Shown here: one piece after another, positions 12,274-35,871 of the stretch
Position numbering within the stretch: position 1 is the stretch's first letter
How the letters are laid out: each line of letters begins with the position of its first letter
NCBI GenBank assembly: GCA_900088475.1
Contig: FLMG01001299.1
Coordinates: forward strand, 62,001-126,000
Direction: 5' to 3'
DNA: 64,000 nt
Source: Hyphochytrium catenoides
Taxonomy: Eukaryota; Protista; Hyphochytriomycota
The notes under the pieces: generated by a model
Seen by the model: the letters and a program-made list of their open reading frames with translations, nothing else
Database searches by the model: none
Told to the model about the DNA's origin: nothing
Made by a program: the position numbers and the translations under genes

Positions 12274-13645
12274 TTACGCGTCCGCCCACACCCCATTATT
12301 GGCCTTGGTAATGGTTGTAGAGACGCGGTTGAACTTCTGCTCTCCTTGAACGGGGGAAACCGGCGTCGACAGTTGCCCCTCGCTTACTGCGGACGACAAC
12401 GATGGGTCCTTGTTGGAGGGAGCGAAGGTGCCAACACGGTCAGAATTCACACAATACCTTAGGCCTCACACCAGCAAGAATGAGGCAAGAGAGAGATATC
12501 CCCACTGCCAAACTAAACAGAAAGCAGGTTGAGGCGAATTTAATAGAGGTTGACGCGAAGGCTGAAGGGATAAAAGTGGTGAAAGTGGTGGCTCACGCAG
12601 AAAGGAAGGAGCTCCCTAACACTTACTCTTTTGCTCTGCACCTTAAGCATGGGATCCTTATCGTAGAGCCACGCTCTTTGTGCCGCCGTGTTCCGCTTTG
12701 AGTCCTCATCGTGCCTAACGATTTCTCCGCAGGCCCCGGAGGTCTTGAAGCCCTTCTCCTGGCGTTGGGAACCACTGCCGCCTGATTTGGAAGATAGAGG
12801 TTGACTGAGAAGACTAATCACATTCGTCGCATCCAGGAAGTAAGAAAGAGGCTGGGGGAGGAGAGAAGCGAGCGCTTAAGAGTGGAGCACGGCAGTGAAT
12901 CAGCAAAAGCCTGGGTATCAACCCCACCTGCCCTTGGAGCAGAGCTATCATGCATCATCCTTTGTTCTGTCTTGGAGCATGCCTCGCCCTTTCCATAACT
13001 AGCCTGCGTCGTGGTCTCAAAGTGATTGGACGCATATCTCTCTTCCCCTTCAACCGCGCTTTGGAAGCCCTGTTTGAAGCTATCTTTATCCTCTCCGCCT
13101 GAAGAAAGGCTACGCTGCACCGCACCTATCGTATCCAACGTCGCCATACGTGGCTGGCCGCCTTTCTCTGCCTAAAGTAGAAGTTGGTCACATCATAGGG
13201 CTTAAGAATGAGGATAAGTCAAAGCCAAGACAATGAAGTAGATTGATGCCGGGAGCGACGTCTGCTTAGCTAGCAGGATGGAAACAAGTTGCTAGCGAGT
13301 AAGGGGAGAAATCTTGCCTGGAGCTTCCTCTTTTGCGCCGGAGTGAGGTCCCTTCCTTGGCTCGGTACTTGAAAGTGTTGAGCGTGAGTGGTGGTGACTT
13401 CTCTCTGCCGAAAGAAAAGAAGAGGATTAGGCTTATGGGCAGCAACTCCACGTCCTAGCTCACACGCGTACATTCCCATAGTCAGCCAACACACCCTTCA
13501 GAGGGGGTGCCCGCTCCTCAAACCAGTTGCCTGGTGACGACCAGTGTTAGGGTGAGCACTATGAGACTCTTTCTCAATTGAGCGCTTTCTGCGAGAAATG
13601 GTTGTTACCGTGGAGTGTCTCCTTCTGATAGTCTCGAGTCCCCAT
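12274..13645 (-). CDS. Putative axonemal microtubule inner protein with N-terminal NWE motif (CFAP107/CFAP95/CFAP68-like), 6 exons
   Basis: Manual splicing gives MGTRDYQKETLH/GNWFEERAPPLKGVLADYGN/REVTTTHAQHFQ...KRKLQ/AEKGGQPRMATLDTIG...FETTTQASYGKGE/PLSYFLD...RNTAAQRAWLYDKDPMLKVQSKR/DPSLSS...GVWADA*. All junctions are in phase. GNWxEE and TT-x-x-x-x-[YF] motifs are typical of doublet inner proteins. Confidence 0.62.
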
Positions 13646-14034
13646 CGCCTATTACTGCTGAACCAGCTCGTCCACTCTTCGCTTCAATCCCTGGCCTTCT
13701 AGTCTCCCTAAGGTTGGGATGTACTGCGCGATGTCGTCAGCGTCACTTGCGAGCTGTAGATCTGGGTCTAGATATACAGGGCCGTCAGGGAGAAGAGGAG
13801 GAATCGATGAAGTCCTGTCGCACTAGAACCAATGTGTCCAGCAGGAAGGCTGAAGTCAGGAGCGCATCCAAGGTAGAGAAGAGAGAGGAACTCGGAGGAC
13901 ACTGAGAGCGTGATGGGTGATGGCGAACGAAGAGGCATGACCACTTGGCTGACAAGAAACAAAGACCGTCGGGAGAGATAGAGAAGAAGAGAGGAGAGGA
14001 AGTGCGATAAAAAGGATAAGATACCGTGTGTGTG

Positions 14035-14187
14035 GAGACAGAGGGGGAGAGAGACACAGCGAGAGAGAGAACCTGATTAGAGACACAGAGAGAGACAGAG
14101 AGACAGAGAGAGTTCGAGAGAGAGAGAGGAAGAGAGCAAGAGAGTTTGAGAGACAGACAGAGAGAGAGACATAAAGAGAGAGAGACA
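14035..14187. repeat. GA/GAGACA-rich low-complexity tract
   Basis: Degenerate AG repeats upstream of the NWE-motif gene. Confidence 0.85.
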
Positions 14188-14745
14188 AAGCGTGAGGGAC
14201 CGGCGGCAGCAGCAGGTGGGGTAAACATCAAGGAAGAAAACGGAAACGGATCACCTTGTCTACAATCTTCACAGGTCATTCAAACCATTCGGATTAGGAA
14301 CCTAACTTGATAATATCCTACATTCGGCGGCTCGCCTTATGTCCGGAATCATCCCAATGCTCATTCATATTTAGAATAATACCTTCTTATACCCGATATG
14401 GATGGCCTTGTTTATGCAAAACTCAGTACTAGGTATGAACCTCCCTGACATACCCAGACTGGGTGAAAGGCAAGGCCGTCAAATGTATGGAACTGTTCTG
14501 GGAGATTCATGGTATCCGTCTGAAGCCAGTACAGTTTGTATGGGAGCCAATAGAGAGAGGGAGGGAGACTGACGATTATTGTCGATCAGCAAAAAGTCAA
14601 TAAAAATCTCCGCCCGCATCGGCTTTCCCAACAAGTCTGTGAAGCTTTCAGCAGCGCTTCCAAGGCATTTTTGTCAGCAGTGAGCATCTTCTGACCTTTT
14701 GAAGCTTCATTGGCTGCTACCGTAGAGGCAGAAGAAGTCAGAAAC

Positions 14746-15278
14746 ATGGTGTGTGATGCTGGTGCTATATTAGGTATCTTATAATACTATTCTGTTTTAA
14801 CATCTTCTTGCTGTGGCGTCGCAGGCCTCAGTTCTTGCAAAGACCGCTAGGACAGCCCTTGCTAGGAGCTCCCAGCAAGTGCGCCGCTTTTCTGTCCATG
14901 ATAAGGCGCATGCTGAAGGTATGTTTGTAAGGTTATGTTGAGTTTCTGTTTTATACTGTCTCATACTCTTATGGCGTCTTTAAGAGGAAATGCGCAAGTG
15001 GGCAAAGATTTCCAAAGCTGCAGTAGCGGGGGTCACGGTTTTCGGAGTTATCACTATCTACAATGAGTCTCAGCATCATGAGGAGCATGAAAACCCAGAG
15101 TATTCATACCTAAGAATCCGCACTAAGAAGTTCCCTTGGAAGTGCAGCGACTGCGGGTAAGACTACCGATTGGCTTCACGGTTGTGTCTCTCTAACGGCG
15201 ACTTTTGGTTCCTCTAGCCCCTTTGAGATGGATTGCATCAAGAAGTGCAAGGAAGAGCTAGCTGCTGGTTCTGAGTAG
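14746..15278 (+). CDS. COX6A: Cytochrome c oxidase subunit 6a, 4 exons (14746-14748, 14825-14918, 14985-15156, 15218-15278)
   Basis: Not in the ORF track. Spliced product M/ASVLAKTARTALARSSQQVRRFSVHDKAHAE/EEMRKWAKISKAAVAGVTVFGVITIYNESQHHEEHENPEYSYLRIRTKKFPWKCSDCG/PFEMDCIKKCKEELAAGSE*. It has a mitochondrial presequence, one TM helix and the signature YLRIRxKxFPW. Confidence 0.92.
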
Positions 15279-15695
15279 GCGCCTCTATTGTCCGGAGACC
15301 TGAAACAGGCTTCTTGATCACCACTGTGCTAGGAACGAGTAATAAGGTTAGCCGTGGGACAGGCTACGCCGAAGGGTATGGGCGTTGTAGGGGGTAAGGC
15401 AAGAAGAATGAAGACAAGCTCTTGGCACAAGGGCCGCTTCCCCAAGATGATCGGTATACCTAGTAGTTTCTAATTTACTCCCGTTAATAATCAAATCGTA
15501 TCCCCCTACAGCTGGGCAGAGCCTCTGTCGCGCTAATTGCTTCCCTGCAGACATGTGAAGCTGTGCCTCTGCACTGTCATGGCCAATGGCCTTAGCCATG
15601 AGAAGGGCATTGGTATGCTCTCCATAATGATACATTAGCTCTTACATAGCAAGCTAGCAACCGGCATGGTACTGTTACAATCAAACTTGCCACCG

Positions 15696-26364
<10,669 letters not shown>

Positions 26365-29274
26365 CTATGGGAGCGGTGTTGTGATTTGCCCTTTCCAGAG
26401 ATCGGCGCGTTGTGTGCCCTTCATAGTTTTCTCTCATCACTTTTTTTGCTGTCATTTAGGCGAACAACACGGTAGTAGGGCAAAGCTGCAGCGGAGTACA
26501 GTCGACAAGGCCGTTAGTCGGTTGGCTTGGAAGGGTAAACTTCTCACTTCTCCTATCGCGATCCTTTTTTTGTTTGCCTTCGTCCCGCTGCTGCTGGACA
26601 GCTTGTCCTCGAGCTCCTGCTTCGCCCGGATAATTACAGAAGAGTGCTTGCTGGTGTCTTAGGAGAACAAGAGGTTCCGCGCTGATGTTATAAATAGCAT
26701 ATGAGACCCAATGAGGCTTGCTGCAGTCGTTGACCACCATCGCGGGTCGTCACCAGCGGCCCGTAATAATAATTGAGTGACGCTTTCCTTTGGTAGGGCC
26801 ATCACGGCGGGTGCCGAGCTACTTAGTTGCTGGTTGGTTGGTCGACGAGAGGAAGAGGAAGAGGACTCAATACCTCGATCTATTAGTCTCTAAAGCTCGC
26901 CACACTGAGTGTGCACTCACTTCCATCACAGCCGATATCCAGCTCTACGCAACAGACAACTTGACGGACTGATCGTCCCTATACTCGGTCCGTTCCTTTT
27001 TTCATGGTCAGACGATCCAATAACACGTTTACCACCGCGCCATCTGCTCACTGCGTACACTTTTCAGCATAGAAGCTTCTTACTTCTCCGGGGCCAGCCC
27101 GTTAGAAGTTTCCTTTCATTTCTCCATTGATGAGAGTGCCAGTTCCTCTCTTACTATGGACAAGGACCTTCCTGCTATGGCTAGCAACCCTGTTCTCACT
27201 CCCACACATCCACAGTTTGTCAAGCAATAATCGGGCATTGGCAAAACGAAGGAACATGTATGTTCGCCTCACTCCTTCTGACTACCACCGGTCTCAGACG
27301 TCACCCATCAATCCGCCAACTAGGGAGAGAAAGATCCGGAGACTCAATTTAGCCACCGTTTCATGCCCCTGCTCCCTCTCGGAAGCTATATTTCTCTCTT
27401 TTTAGCGGCTTCTGACTCCTTTGTAGACAGTTCTTTGCCATCTTTATCCATCGTTTATCTTCATATGGCATCAGGTGCCCAGTTGACAAGAAGGCACGAG
27501 ATACCAGAAGCTGACAGATTCCTACCAACCTTCCGTGCACCTTGACATCGCGTCACATTATAGTGCGTTACTTCTTGAGCTCCTCTTCTGAAGTACTAGT
27601 GAGACGAGTCGCAGGGGAAAAAAGCTCAGTACAAGCCAACGCATGGCAGTTCAAAGCTTTTCGCCGATCATGGTTTACTAATGACTGTGTCAGTAATGAA
27701 GTTAGAGATGGCACCATGAGCTCGATGGAGGGCGACGGCGTGCCGTACGGGGTGGTGGTGCTGCCATCAACCCTCTTCTCGGCCCGCAGTATCCTGCATG
27801 CACCCGGACTTTTTGCAGTCTAATATTGATTAAAGTTCATCTTCTGACGAAGCTACTCTAGAATAGAGACGCTACTGCGCTATTCTTTCATTGGGTAGTG
27901 ACATAGAAGGCCGTGCCTACCCTAAAGCGAAAGATCTATCGTCAATGCTCTTGTCTCTAATCTCTTTTATAAATGTTCCAAGCTAAAGCGTTCCATGCCG
28001 TGCAGTGCGCTGAGCCATCAGTGTTAGTACTTGTGCTTCGCGCTCGGTGGCTGATGTACCACCCGTTAGTTAAAACCTCTAATCTCCACAAGGCATTGCA
28101 ACTATCCTCGGCTTCGTCCTTAAAGCCTACTCCTGCACGTCTGCGGACATCGCGTGGTGCTAAAAGCTCGCCAGCTAGCTTACTGGATGAAATTTTGCTT
28201 GTCCCTGATCGTATCCGCTGCGAGAACTATTCTACCACCGCCATCATAACGTGAACCTAACACATGGTCCTTTGTGTGACAGGCTTACGCTGTATTCTCA
28301 CGAAAGAGGTATGGCAATCATTAGACTTGCTCATAATGTGCTTCTTGAGTTTGACTCACGGCACGGTCGAGCCGCAGACTCCAAGCAAGCAGTATTCATT
28401 TTAGCATCTTTCGAGGGTGGCAGGGACTTCAAATCACTTCCGTGGGCATCAGACCTTTCAGACTGTTGAAGCTTTATTATACACGACGGAAGACAAAGGT
28501 CAGCCCCCTTACCATCGCTTTCCAACACCAGACCTGATAAACAAGCAAACCGTAGAGTTCTCTTACCCAAACCACCAGCAGCAGCACTGGCAACAGCAGC
28601 AGTGGCACAGCGGGCAACAGCACCAAGAGCAGCTCAACACAAAGAAGGGAAGTCAATGGCGTGCCTGCTGACATTCATCCTGCGTCAGAGAAGACAGCAA
28701 CGAAGGCTCCCCGCCAAATGAAGCCGGCATAACGGCCATAAACCGCCTCTTCTGAGGTGTGCAAACACTCACTAACAGCGGCGACGCACACGCTGTAAAT
28801 GCCGTACAGGTACTGATGTCGCAGGTGAGAAGCTCGTCTGTCTATGAAAAGCTTCCCGCGCTTTTTCTTCCCTACAAAGGAAGTTGGCGCCAGAAACTTC
28901 CGTCATCATCTGTCAATGAACTCTCCTTAGGAGGATGTCAGAGCTCATTTGAAGGTTGGACCGCCTCCGTCTTCCTGAATCATTGAGATAACGCTGTCGT
29001 ACTAGTATAACTTGCTTCTTGGCCACATGCTTTGTCTCGGAGTTCAATCTGAGGAATTGTCATCGTCGGCTTCGTTGAACTCTCCTTCCTCCGTTTTTGT
29101 CCAAGGCCTTTAACATGGAAAGATGAAGCATGACCGAGGCAGGAGCCCTTGGACGAGCAGAGAACTACTTCATGTTCCGCCTATTAGGGCCCAATATGTG
29201 AAAGGAGGCTCGCTGCAGCTGAACCAAGCCACCTTTATCCTGTTGCGTAGACGAGGTTGACATCTTTGAAAAGG

Positions 29275-31779
29275 ATGGAGTTACAAGGTGCCTTCGAGCT
29301 TGAGGGCTTCTTGGATGACATGGGAGTTGGACTTGCTTCGCCACCTCGAGAGGTGGCGAATTCCTTACCCCAGTCGCTAAGAACGGGACTGCAAACGGTG
29401 TCAGAACTTGGAGTGCCTGTCACTGAGTCGTCCGTTACGATTAGAGCTTATAAGCGGCCTCTCAGTGGTCTATCTACAGAGCGCAGCTTTCAACACGAGC
29501 GAGAGGCCACTGAAGAAAATGACCATTTAGATTTCAAGACACATCTTCTTCTTAAAATTTCCTATCCGAAGAGGTACAGCTGCTTAGGCACTATCCTCTA
29601 TGGAAAGCAGTTAGAGGATATAAAAGGTAAGAGAGTCAACTTCAAGGCGGTCCGGCCGGTTCTGATTATCTCCTCAGTGTCGCTGCTGAGAACTATCGAC
29701 GAAGGAGTCAATGAGGCCTTTCTCGTGCTCGGTCCTCCTGGGTCTGGCAAGAAAACTATTTTGACTCAAGTACTCGACTCCATCCGCGAAGGGGAGAGGA
29801 AAGCCGGGCCAAAGATCAAGTTCTCCGTTGTCACATTGAACGGATTGTGGCATTCCACCAGTGATGATGCAGTGGCTGAGATCATTTTGCAGTTGTCCGC
29901 CGTACCGGATGGTTCCAAGAGGGTAATGAACCTTAACACTGACCTGAAAACCTTAACCCACCCCGGCACACCTCTTTCATGTTGGTCTCTCCTTATTTGG
30001 CTATCCTATGCTATGAAGAGTAACATCATGTCATGCTGCCTTAGGTGGTGCCTCCATCCATAGACCGCCTGGGCCTTCTCATGGACATCTTGGAGTCCAA
30101 GAAAGCAGCGAAAAAGAGTCTTGTCGTTGTCCTAGAAAATTTTGAGCACTTTGCGAAGCAGCGGCAGGCCACTCTGTACAAGCTTCTCGACATGCTGCAG
30201 GTCGGGCCCTCACCCTCCTAATTTCGCGGGCAGCATACTGCTTGCTGAGCGTGAAACTCCTGGAACAGGAATCAACAATAGCGGTGGCAGTCGTCGGTCT
30301 AACTTCGGATATTGCAGCGGTGGAGAACCTAGAAAAACGGATAAGATCTAGGTAAAGGCGCACATACGATCCACTCTTTACCATATGGGAAGGTCCAATG
30401 TGTCCAAACGCTCTGACTTAATGACCTTGACTACCTTGACTGAAGGATTGCGTGGCTTATACTTTGTCATGCAGGTTTTCATCGCGGATAAGCCTCATCC
30501 CCTCTTCAGCTACGTTAGAGGACTATTTATCGGTGGGCACATGAAATTTTTTGGCTCCGGACGCTTATAGCTCAAACCCTGGATCGTGCTTGCGATTCTT
30601 TTGTAGGTGGTCCGTGGTTACCTGTTAATCTCGGACAAGCTTATTCGGAGGCGCTGTCCATACCGGCTCTCCCGATATAACAGCTTGGTCGGGACGCTCA
30701 TAGCCAGTAAACCGTTTCAGAGCTGGTTGGAGAGTCATTTGGTGCATTCGGGACTCACTGTTAGCTGGCTCATGAGAGTTCTCTACTTAGTTGCGTCAGG
30801 CCTGCGAATGGTTGACGGTAAGAGTAAAGCGCTTTCAGCCACAGAGCCCAGTTTGTCTCCTATGATGATGTCATGTTTAGGCACCTAGTTCTAAAGCAGC
30901 GGCGTTTCATCATTTCCAGGTTATTCTGCCCTAGACCTTGCCGACTTTGAACGGTCCGCCCAGTTTGCAGGCCTCCCTTCTCGAACGACAGTTTTAAAGA
31001 ACATCCTGAAAGGTGGGCATCCTGACTTCAGTCTAGTGTTACTGGTCATGTTTCGAAAACGTTTGTCTCACAAATCGTCTGTCAAACATCTTCACATGAC
31101 GATCAGACCCATCTCGCTTGCGCTCTACCTTACGAGTCGCCTAACCTTTGCATTCTAGACCTCGCGGTGATTGAAATCGCACTTCTTCTGGCGCTGAGGC
31201 AACTCCATATCAAGCAGGAAATGTCGCCAGAGACTCTGCCACACTGCACTTTTGAAATGATCTACCGCGAATATGTCCAACAGAGCACGATGTCCAATAC
31301 TCATCCCTCTCTATACAGCAGAAGAGTGTGTCTCAAGGTAGGTCTGACGCTCCTCTTCTGTCTGTACATTCCTGCTCATTTAGACCATCTACTTCCATAC
31401 TCCCTTCCCTGTGAGATGCCCTTTGCTTGCTATTTGTGGCTCCCACGCGTATGGGCTCCGCCTTGTTGAGAGTTCAGTTGTAAGCCTTAGAGCTTCTTTC
31501 TCTTGCCTAGCCTTCCTTCTTAGCCTCAGACAGTGGTCGACTCACTTTTCCCTTCGAAAGGCCTTCCAGAATCTTCTGGACCTGAACCTTGTGGAGTTCA
31601 CCGATTTAGGGGAGCGAGGAAAGTCTCTATGCTTTGCCTTCGAAAGAAGAGGCGAGCATCGACTGCTTGGCCATCAGAAAGTCAACATAACCGTACCCCC
31701 TACTCTCCTGTTATCCATGATAGAAAGTGGAGAAATCTTCTGCCCGCTGGAGATTAGAGTCTGGGGCTTAAAGGGCTAG
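29275..31779 (+). CDS. ORC4: Origin recognition complex subunit 4, multi-exon
   Basis: Walker A region LVLGPPGSGKKT; VVTLNGLWH; Walker B region VVVLENFEHFAKQRQATLYKLLDMLQ; VAVVGLTSD...LEKRIRSR/FSSR; C-terminal winged helix TFEMIYREY...KAFQNLLDLNLV. Start codon uncertain. Confidence 0.88.
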
Positions 31780-31819
31780 GCCACATTTTATGCACAGGTC
31801 TGCCAATGCTTAACCATTA

Positions 31820-32633
31820 TCAGACAACCAGGCTCAGTGCTCTGGGTAATAGGAAGAGTGCAATTCCTCCGTGCAGGAAGTAACCAAAGGCTGCTCCTAC
31901 TATCACATCCGAAGGGTAGTGATGGCCTAAGACTAACCTAGAGAAGCCAACCAACATGGCCCAAAGCCACAAGAAGGTCACAACGGTTTCCGAGAGTTTC
32001 AGAGAAGGGAACACTGACTTTATAACTGGGAAGTTATCTGTAGGGAAGAGTAACAAGTCAGGCAATCGGCTGCTTAAGCTCCTTAGATAGAGGAAAGGCC
32101 CACTGTACCTTGAGCTGTTCCTGCTAGCACACGCAGGATTGTGAAAGCGCGGGTTGAATGCCCTGACGGAAAGGAATGGACATCAACAGAAACAAATCGG
32201 GCATCGTGACGATGTGTCGGGGGTCGATGCCGTTTCACGGTAGCTTTGAGGATTGGGATAATGCAGATGTCAACCTGCATCGCATAGTTAGGCGTTTTAC
32301 AGCTGGTGAGGAATAATTAGTGCCCTTACCAGCAGGGCCAGCCAGAAAGTGACGATGAACCGCTTTTGATCTTCGTTTAGATTGAAGCCAATGGCCAGCC
32401 AGTATAAAAGCGTCAGAATTGGAATCACGAGAAGATATCTACATAGCAAAGACATGGAAGGTCAGCGCTTGGCGACACTCGTAAAACACCATAGCTCCAC
32501 ATGCTCACAGTATGCCGTCAGCAGTGAGCGCAACCAGCTCCCATGCTAGAATAGCGACCCGCGAGTTGCCGAGAGCTTGATGGATGTTGCGGACTACCCA
32601 GAAGTCCCAGGCATAGAGATTCTTCACAACCAT
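31820..32633 (-). CDS. PAP2-family lipid/polyisoprenoid diphosphate phosphatase (PLPP6-like), 4 exons
   Basis: All three PAP2 motifs: KATVKRHRP, SFPSGH, SRLVLGHHYPSDV; several TM segments. Confidence 0.9.
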
Positions 32634-33271
32634 GGCGTTCTGCCTCCTAACGGCCCCGCCCTGCCGTGACAAGATTTCCCTTTTATGGTATACTAGTAGA
32701 AGGAGACGCAGACTCAAGAGCAGCGGGTGGAAGACTGAGACTCACAGAGCCGTGATAAAGAGTTTCTAAACGGACTGATGGTCGCTCTCCGCGCTCCTCA
32801 CGCCTACATGCTTGTATAAGCCTCGAGCAAGGTCATTCATTGCCTGACCTGCTCAGCAAGGTCTGTTCTCCAATTCTCTGCCATCTTTTGCGCCTCATCA
32901 TCACGATCTCACTCAGCAGGTAGTAGCCGCTAACGCTATTACATGTTTCGCATGAGAAATAATACTTCTTTGGGAAAATTAAAACCTATTGTTAATACGC
33001 CTGAAAGATTCTAGGTAGAGAATATTCCTGTTTGTTTCGCGAGAGGTTTCAATAGAGAGGTCACAGCTTCAGAAGCAAAGAAGGCAAGAAACCAGCCAAG
33101 GAAGCTTCAGAACCCGTGATGCTTCCGCGCCTCGTCTGATTCTCAAAGCTCAACTGATGCTGGCCCAGCGCGATGCAGAAATGCATTGCCGTGTCATCCC
33201 TCCAGCGTTCATGAACTATGGCGAGGCACACGGATCACGCTCTGTAAGGAAGACAACTCTCGGCGGAGGGA

Positions 33272-35799
33272 ATGATGGACTCTGACCTCAATCCACAGCA
33301 GCCTGTGGATCCTGCTTCCCACTCTTACCTTGGAGAGATCCCATCGGTAAGGATGTCTCTGACGCATCTAAAGGAGAATGCTGAAAGTAATCTAACTTGC
33401 AGGTAGAGAGACAAGCTATCTATGGCGATGGAGATGTGTTGCAAGTGCCGCTGCTGGTACTGCCAGGGGTTGTAAGTATACCGATCGCCCAGCTGTCCTT
33501 GCTCATACGGTTTTCCGTCAATGGCGTCCTTCACGGCATTCTTACGAGTCACGTATCAGGTCCTCTTCCCTGGCGAGACACTACCACTCAAGATGTTGAC
33601 ACCAACCGCGGTTGGAGCCCTTCACTCAATTCTCTCTAGAGAAAACCCAATTATCGGCGTGACGAACCACGACGAGGACCATCCAGATGCCGATGACGAT
33701 AGGACAATCAATCATATCCATCCTATACTCGGAATGCGCTCCCGAATCTCCCGTGTCGGGACCATTGCAGAGATTCAGCAGCTCAACCTTCCAATAGCCA
33801 TTGAGGATGAAGGAGGTACCCAAACAATCAGGTGGCTAAGCGGGGCCATCGTTGACCCGCTGGGCCCAAGTAACCTCGAAGTCTTGGCCCTTTCATCTTT
33901 TATCTTTCTTATGATAGCCAATGCTATATTCAGAGTAGCACTCTATTCTATTATTTGAAGGGTCTGAGCGGTCTCTTCAAAGTTGCCATCTTCGTGAGAA
34001 TCATTGCGCGGCTTGCTGCGTCTACTGCACGTGTGTTCTGTTGACTGGACGCTTCCACCGTCTCATCTTTGCCTTCTTCACCTTTCACTTCTCTACAGCT
34101 GCAGTTATAGCGAAGGGCCGTCGCCGCTTCATAATTCGTCGACTTTTGCTGCGAACCAATAGTATGAGTTCTTTACTCTTTCGTATGGTGGGAAGCTTCT
34201 TAACAAGGGCCACAGTGGAAGTCTTGAGAGATGAGCCCCACAGCTGCCCTCTAGCTCCCTTATATCTCACTGGCGCAAACCCAAAGGTATCTGCAAGACT
34301 CATTTTTGTTTGTTCTTAACAGTAGATTAACCCCTCTTTTATTGGCTAATGAGAAACCCCAAGCCAGCCTGTTAGCTCTGCTTAACTCGGCACTCTCTCG
34401 TGGTTTCTCATGATCCCATCATGGCACCGCTTGCTCTCACTTGCATCTTTATGATAGAAAGAATTGGGGGAGATGCAAATGATAAACCGGCCAGCAAGGA
34501 TTGCCGTCTCTGTTTCGACTCTCCCGTGGTGGCTCTTCTCTGTATATAACTGTCAGGCGCTCAGTGCAAAAATTCTACTAGTGCTGAAGTCCTCTTCTCG
34601 TTGGAGTTCATTGGTCCAGAAGTACAGACCTCACCGCAGGTTGGTACAGCATGAAAGAGCCACAAGTGAGCTCTCCCAATTTCAAACTCCAGGGGAAGAT
34701 GAAGGACAAGGTGCGTACCTACTGAGGACCAAATCTCAGGATGGCTAAAGGTGGACAGGACCAGCTAGGAAGCAAGAGAGGAGGGGACAGATGAGCAACA
34801 GGGAAGTAAAAGCTGCTTGGAAGCTATTAACGCTGTCTCTCTCTCAGGGTCCACAGATCAGATAGTCCTACCTCATGACCCGACCCTCTTCTCTTACTGG
34901 GTGGCAGCCAATTTGCCTCTCTCTGATTCTGAGAGACAATTGCTCTTGGAGGAAGACTTCACGGTTGTGAGGCTGAAAAAACTTCTCGGCATCTTACTGA
35001 AAGCAGAGAGCTCGCTCGACTGTGCGTCATGTGGGACACTACTCAGCCAACAAGAACATGTGTTCACCCTCAGTTCAGAGGTAGGTAGGTCTAATGGTCT
35101 CATGTTGGGAATTATAGCCGAGCAGACAAACCACCGGCCAGACAAGGCAATCACCATCAATGTTTCAATATGACATTATCCGTGATTTTCCTTAGGGAGC
35201 TGTAAGCGCCTACGTGAATCCACATGGATTCGTGCATCAGATTGTCACACTCAAAGACGTTAGGGACAACGCAGTGGTCTACGGAGAGAGCTCGGCTGAG
35301 AACAGCTGGTTTCCTGGTTACAGGTGGACCATCATTTCCTGTCGGTAAGCATTTAACGGCTTCAGCTTCATTCAGTCACTCTCTTTCTTCTACCCGCAAA
35401 ACCCAGATACACTTGGGCTTCCCTATTGGTTGAGGTGTTGTCGCCTTCCTATACCTTCTCTGAACGCGCGTTATCTAGAAACTGTGGAGTTCATTTGGGC
35501 TGGAAGTTTACTGCCGAAACCGACAGTCTCAGTCTCAGGTGCGTCGATGGTAGCATTCGCATAAATCTCAGTGGGCCATTACTGTTACCCCATGGACGGT
35601 TCCGTACTTCTTGTCTTTCTCGCCTCTAACTATCTCTCCTCTCTCCCTATCCAGAGCATTTTGGGCCTTAAGACGAGCCATTGTGCGGACGAGTTCATCC
35701 GACCAAAGAGAAGATGAGTCATTATCCTCCCCAACTTCTGGCTTGGAGGAAATGGGAAGTGGAGAGGATTTGGCTTCCGATTCCGACGAATCCTTCTGA
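33272..35799 (+). CDS. CRBN: Cereblon (LON-N plus CULT domain), multi-exon
   Basis: PASHSYLG; PLLVLPGV/VLFPGETLPL; VGTIAEI; VIAKGRRRF; DPTLFSYWVAANLPLSDSERQLLL; CASC...AYVNPHGFVHQIVT...ENSWFPGYRWTIISCR/NCGVHLGWKF...FWAL. Confidence 0.93.
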
Positions 35800-35871
35800 C
35801 TTGAGAGTACGCAACTTTCAGTTGGAGCGTTGTCTAGAACGAGGGGCATGAACTAGACTCATAGCGATGCC

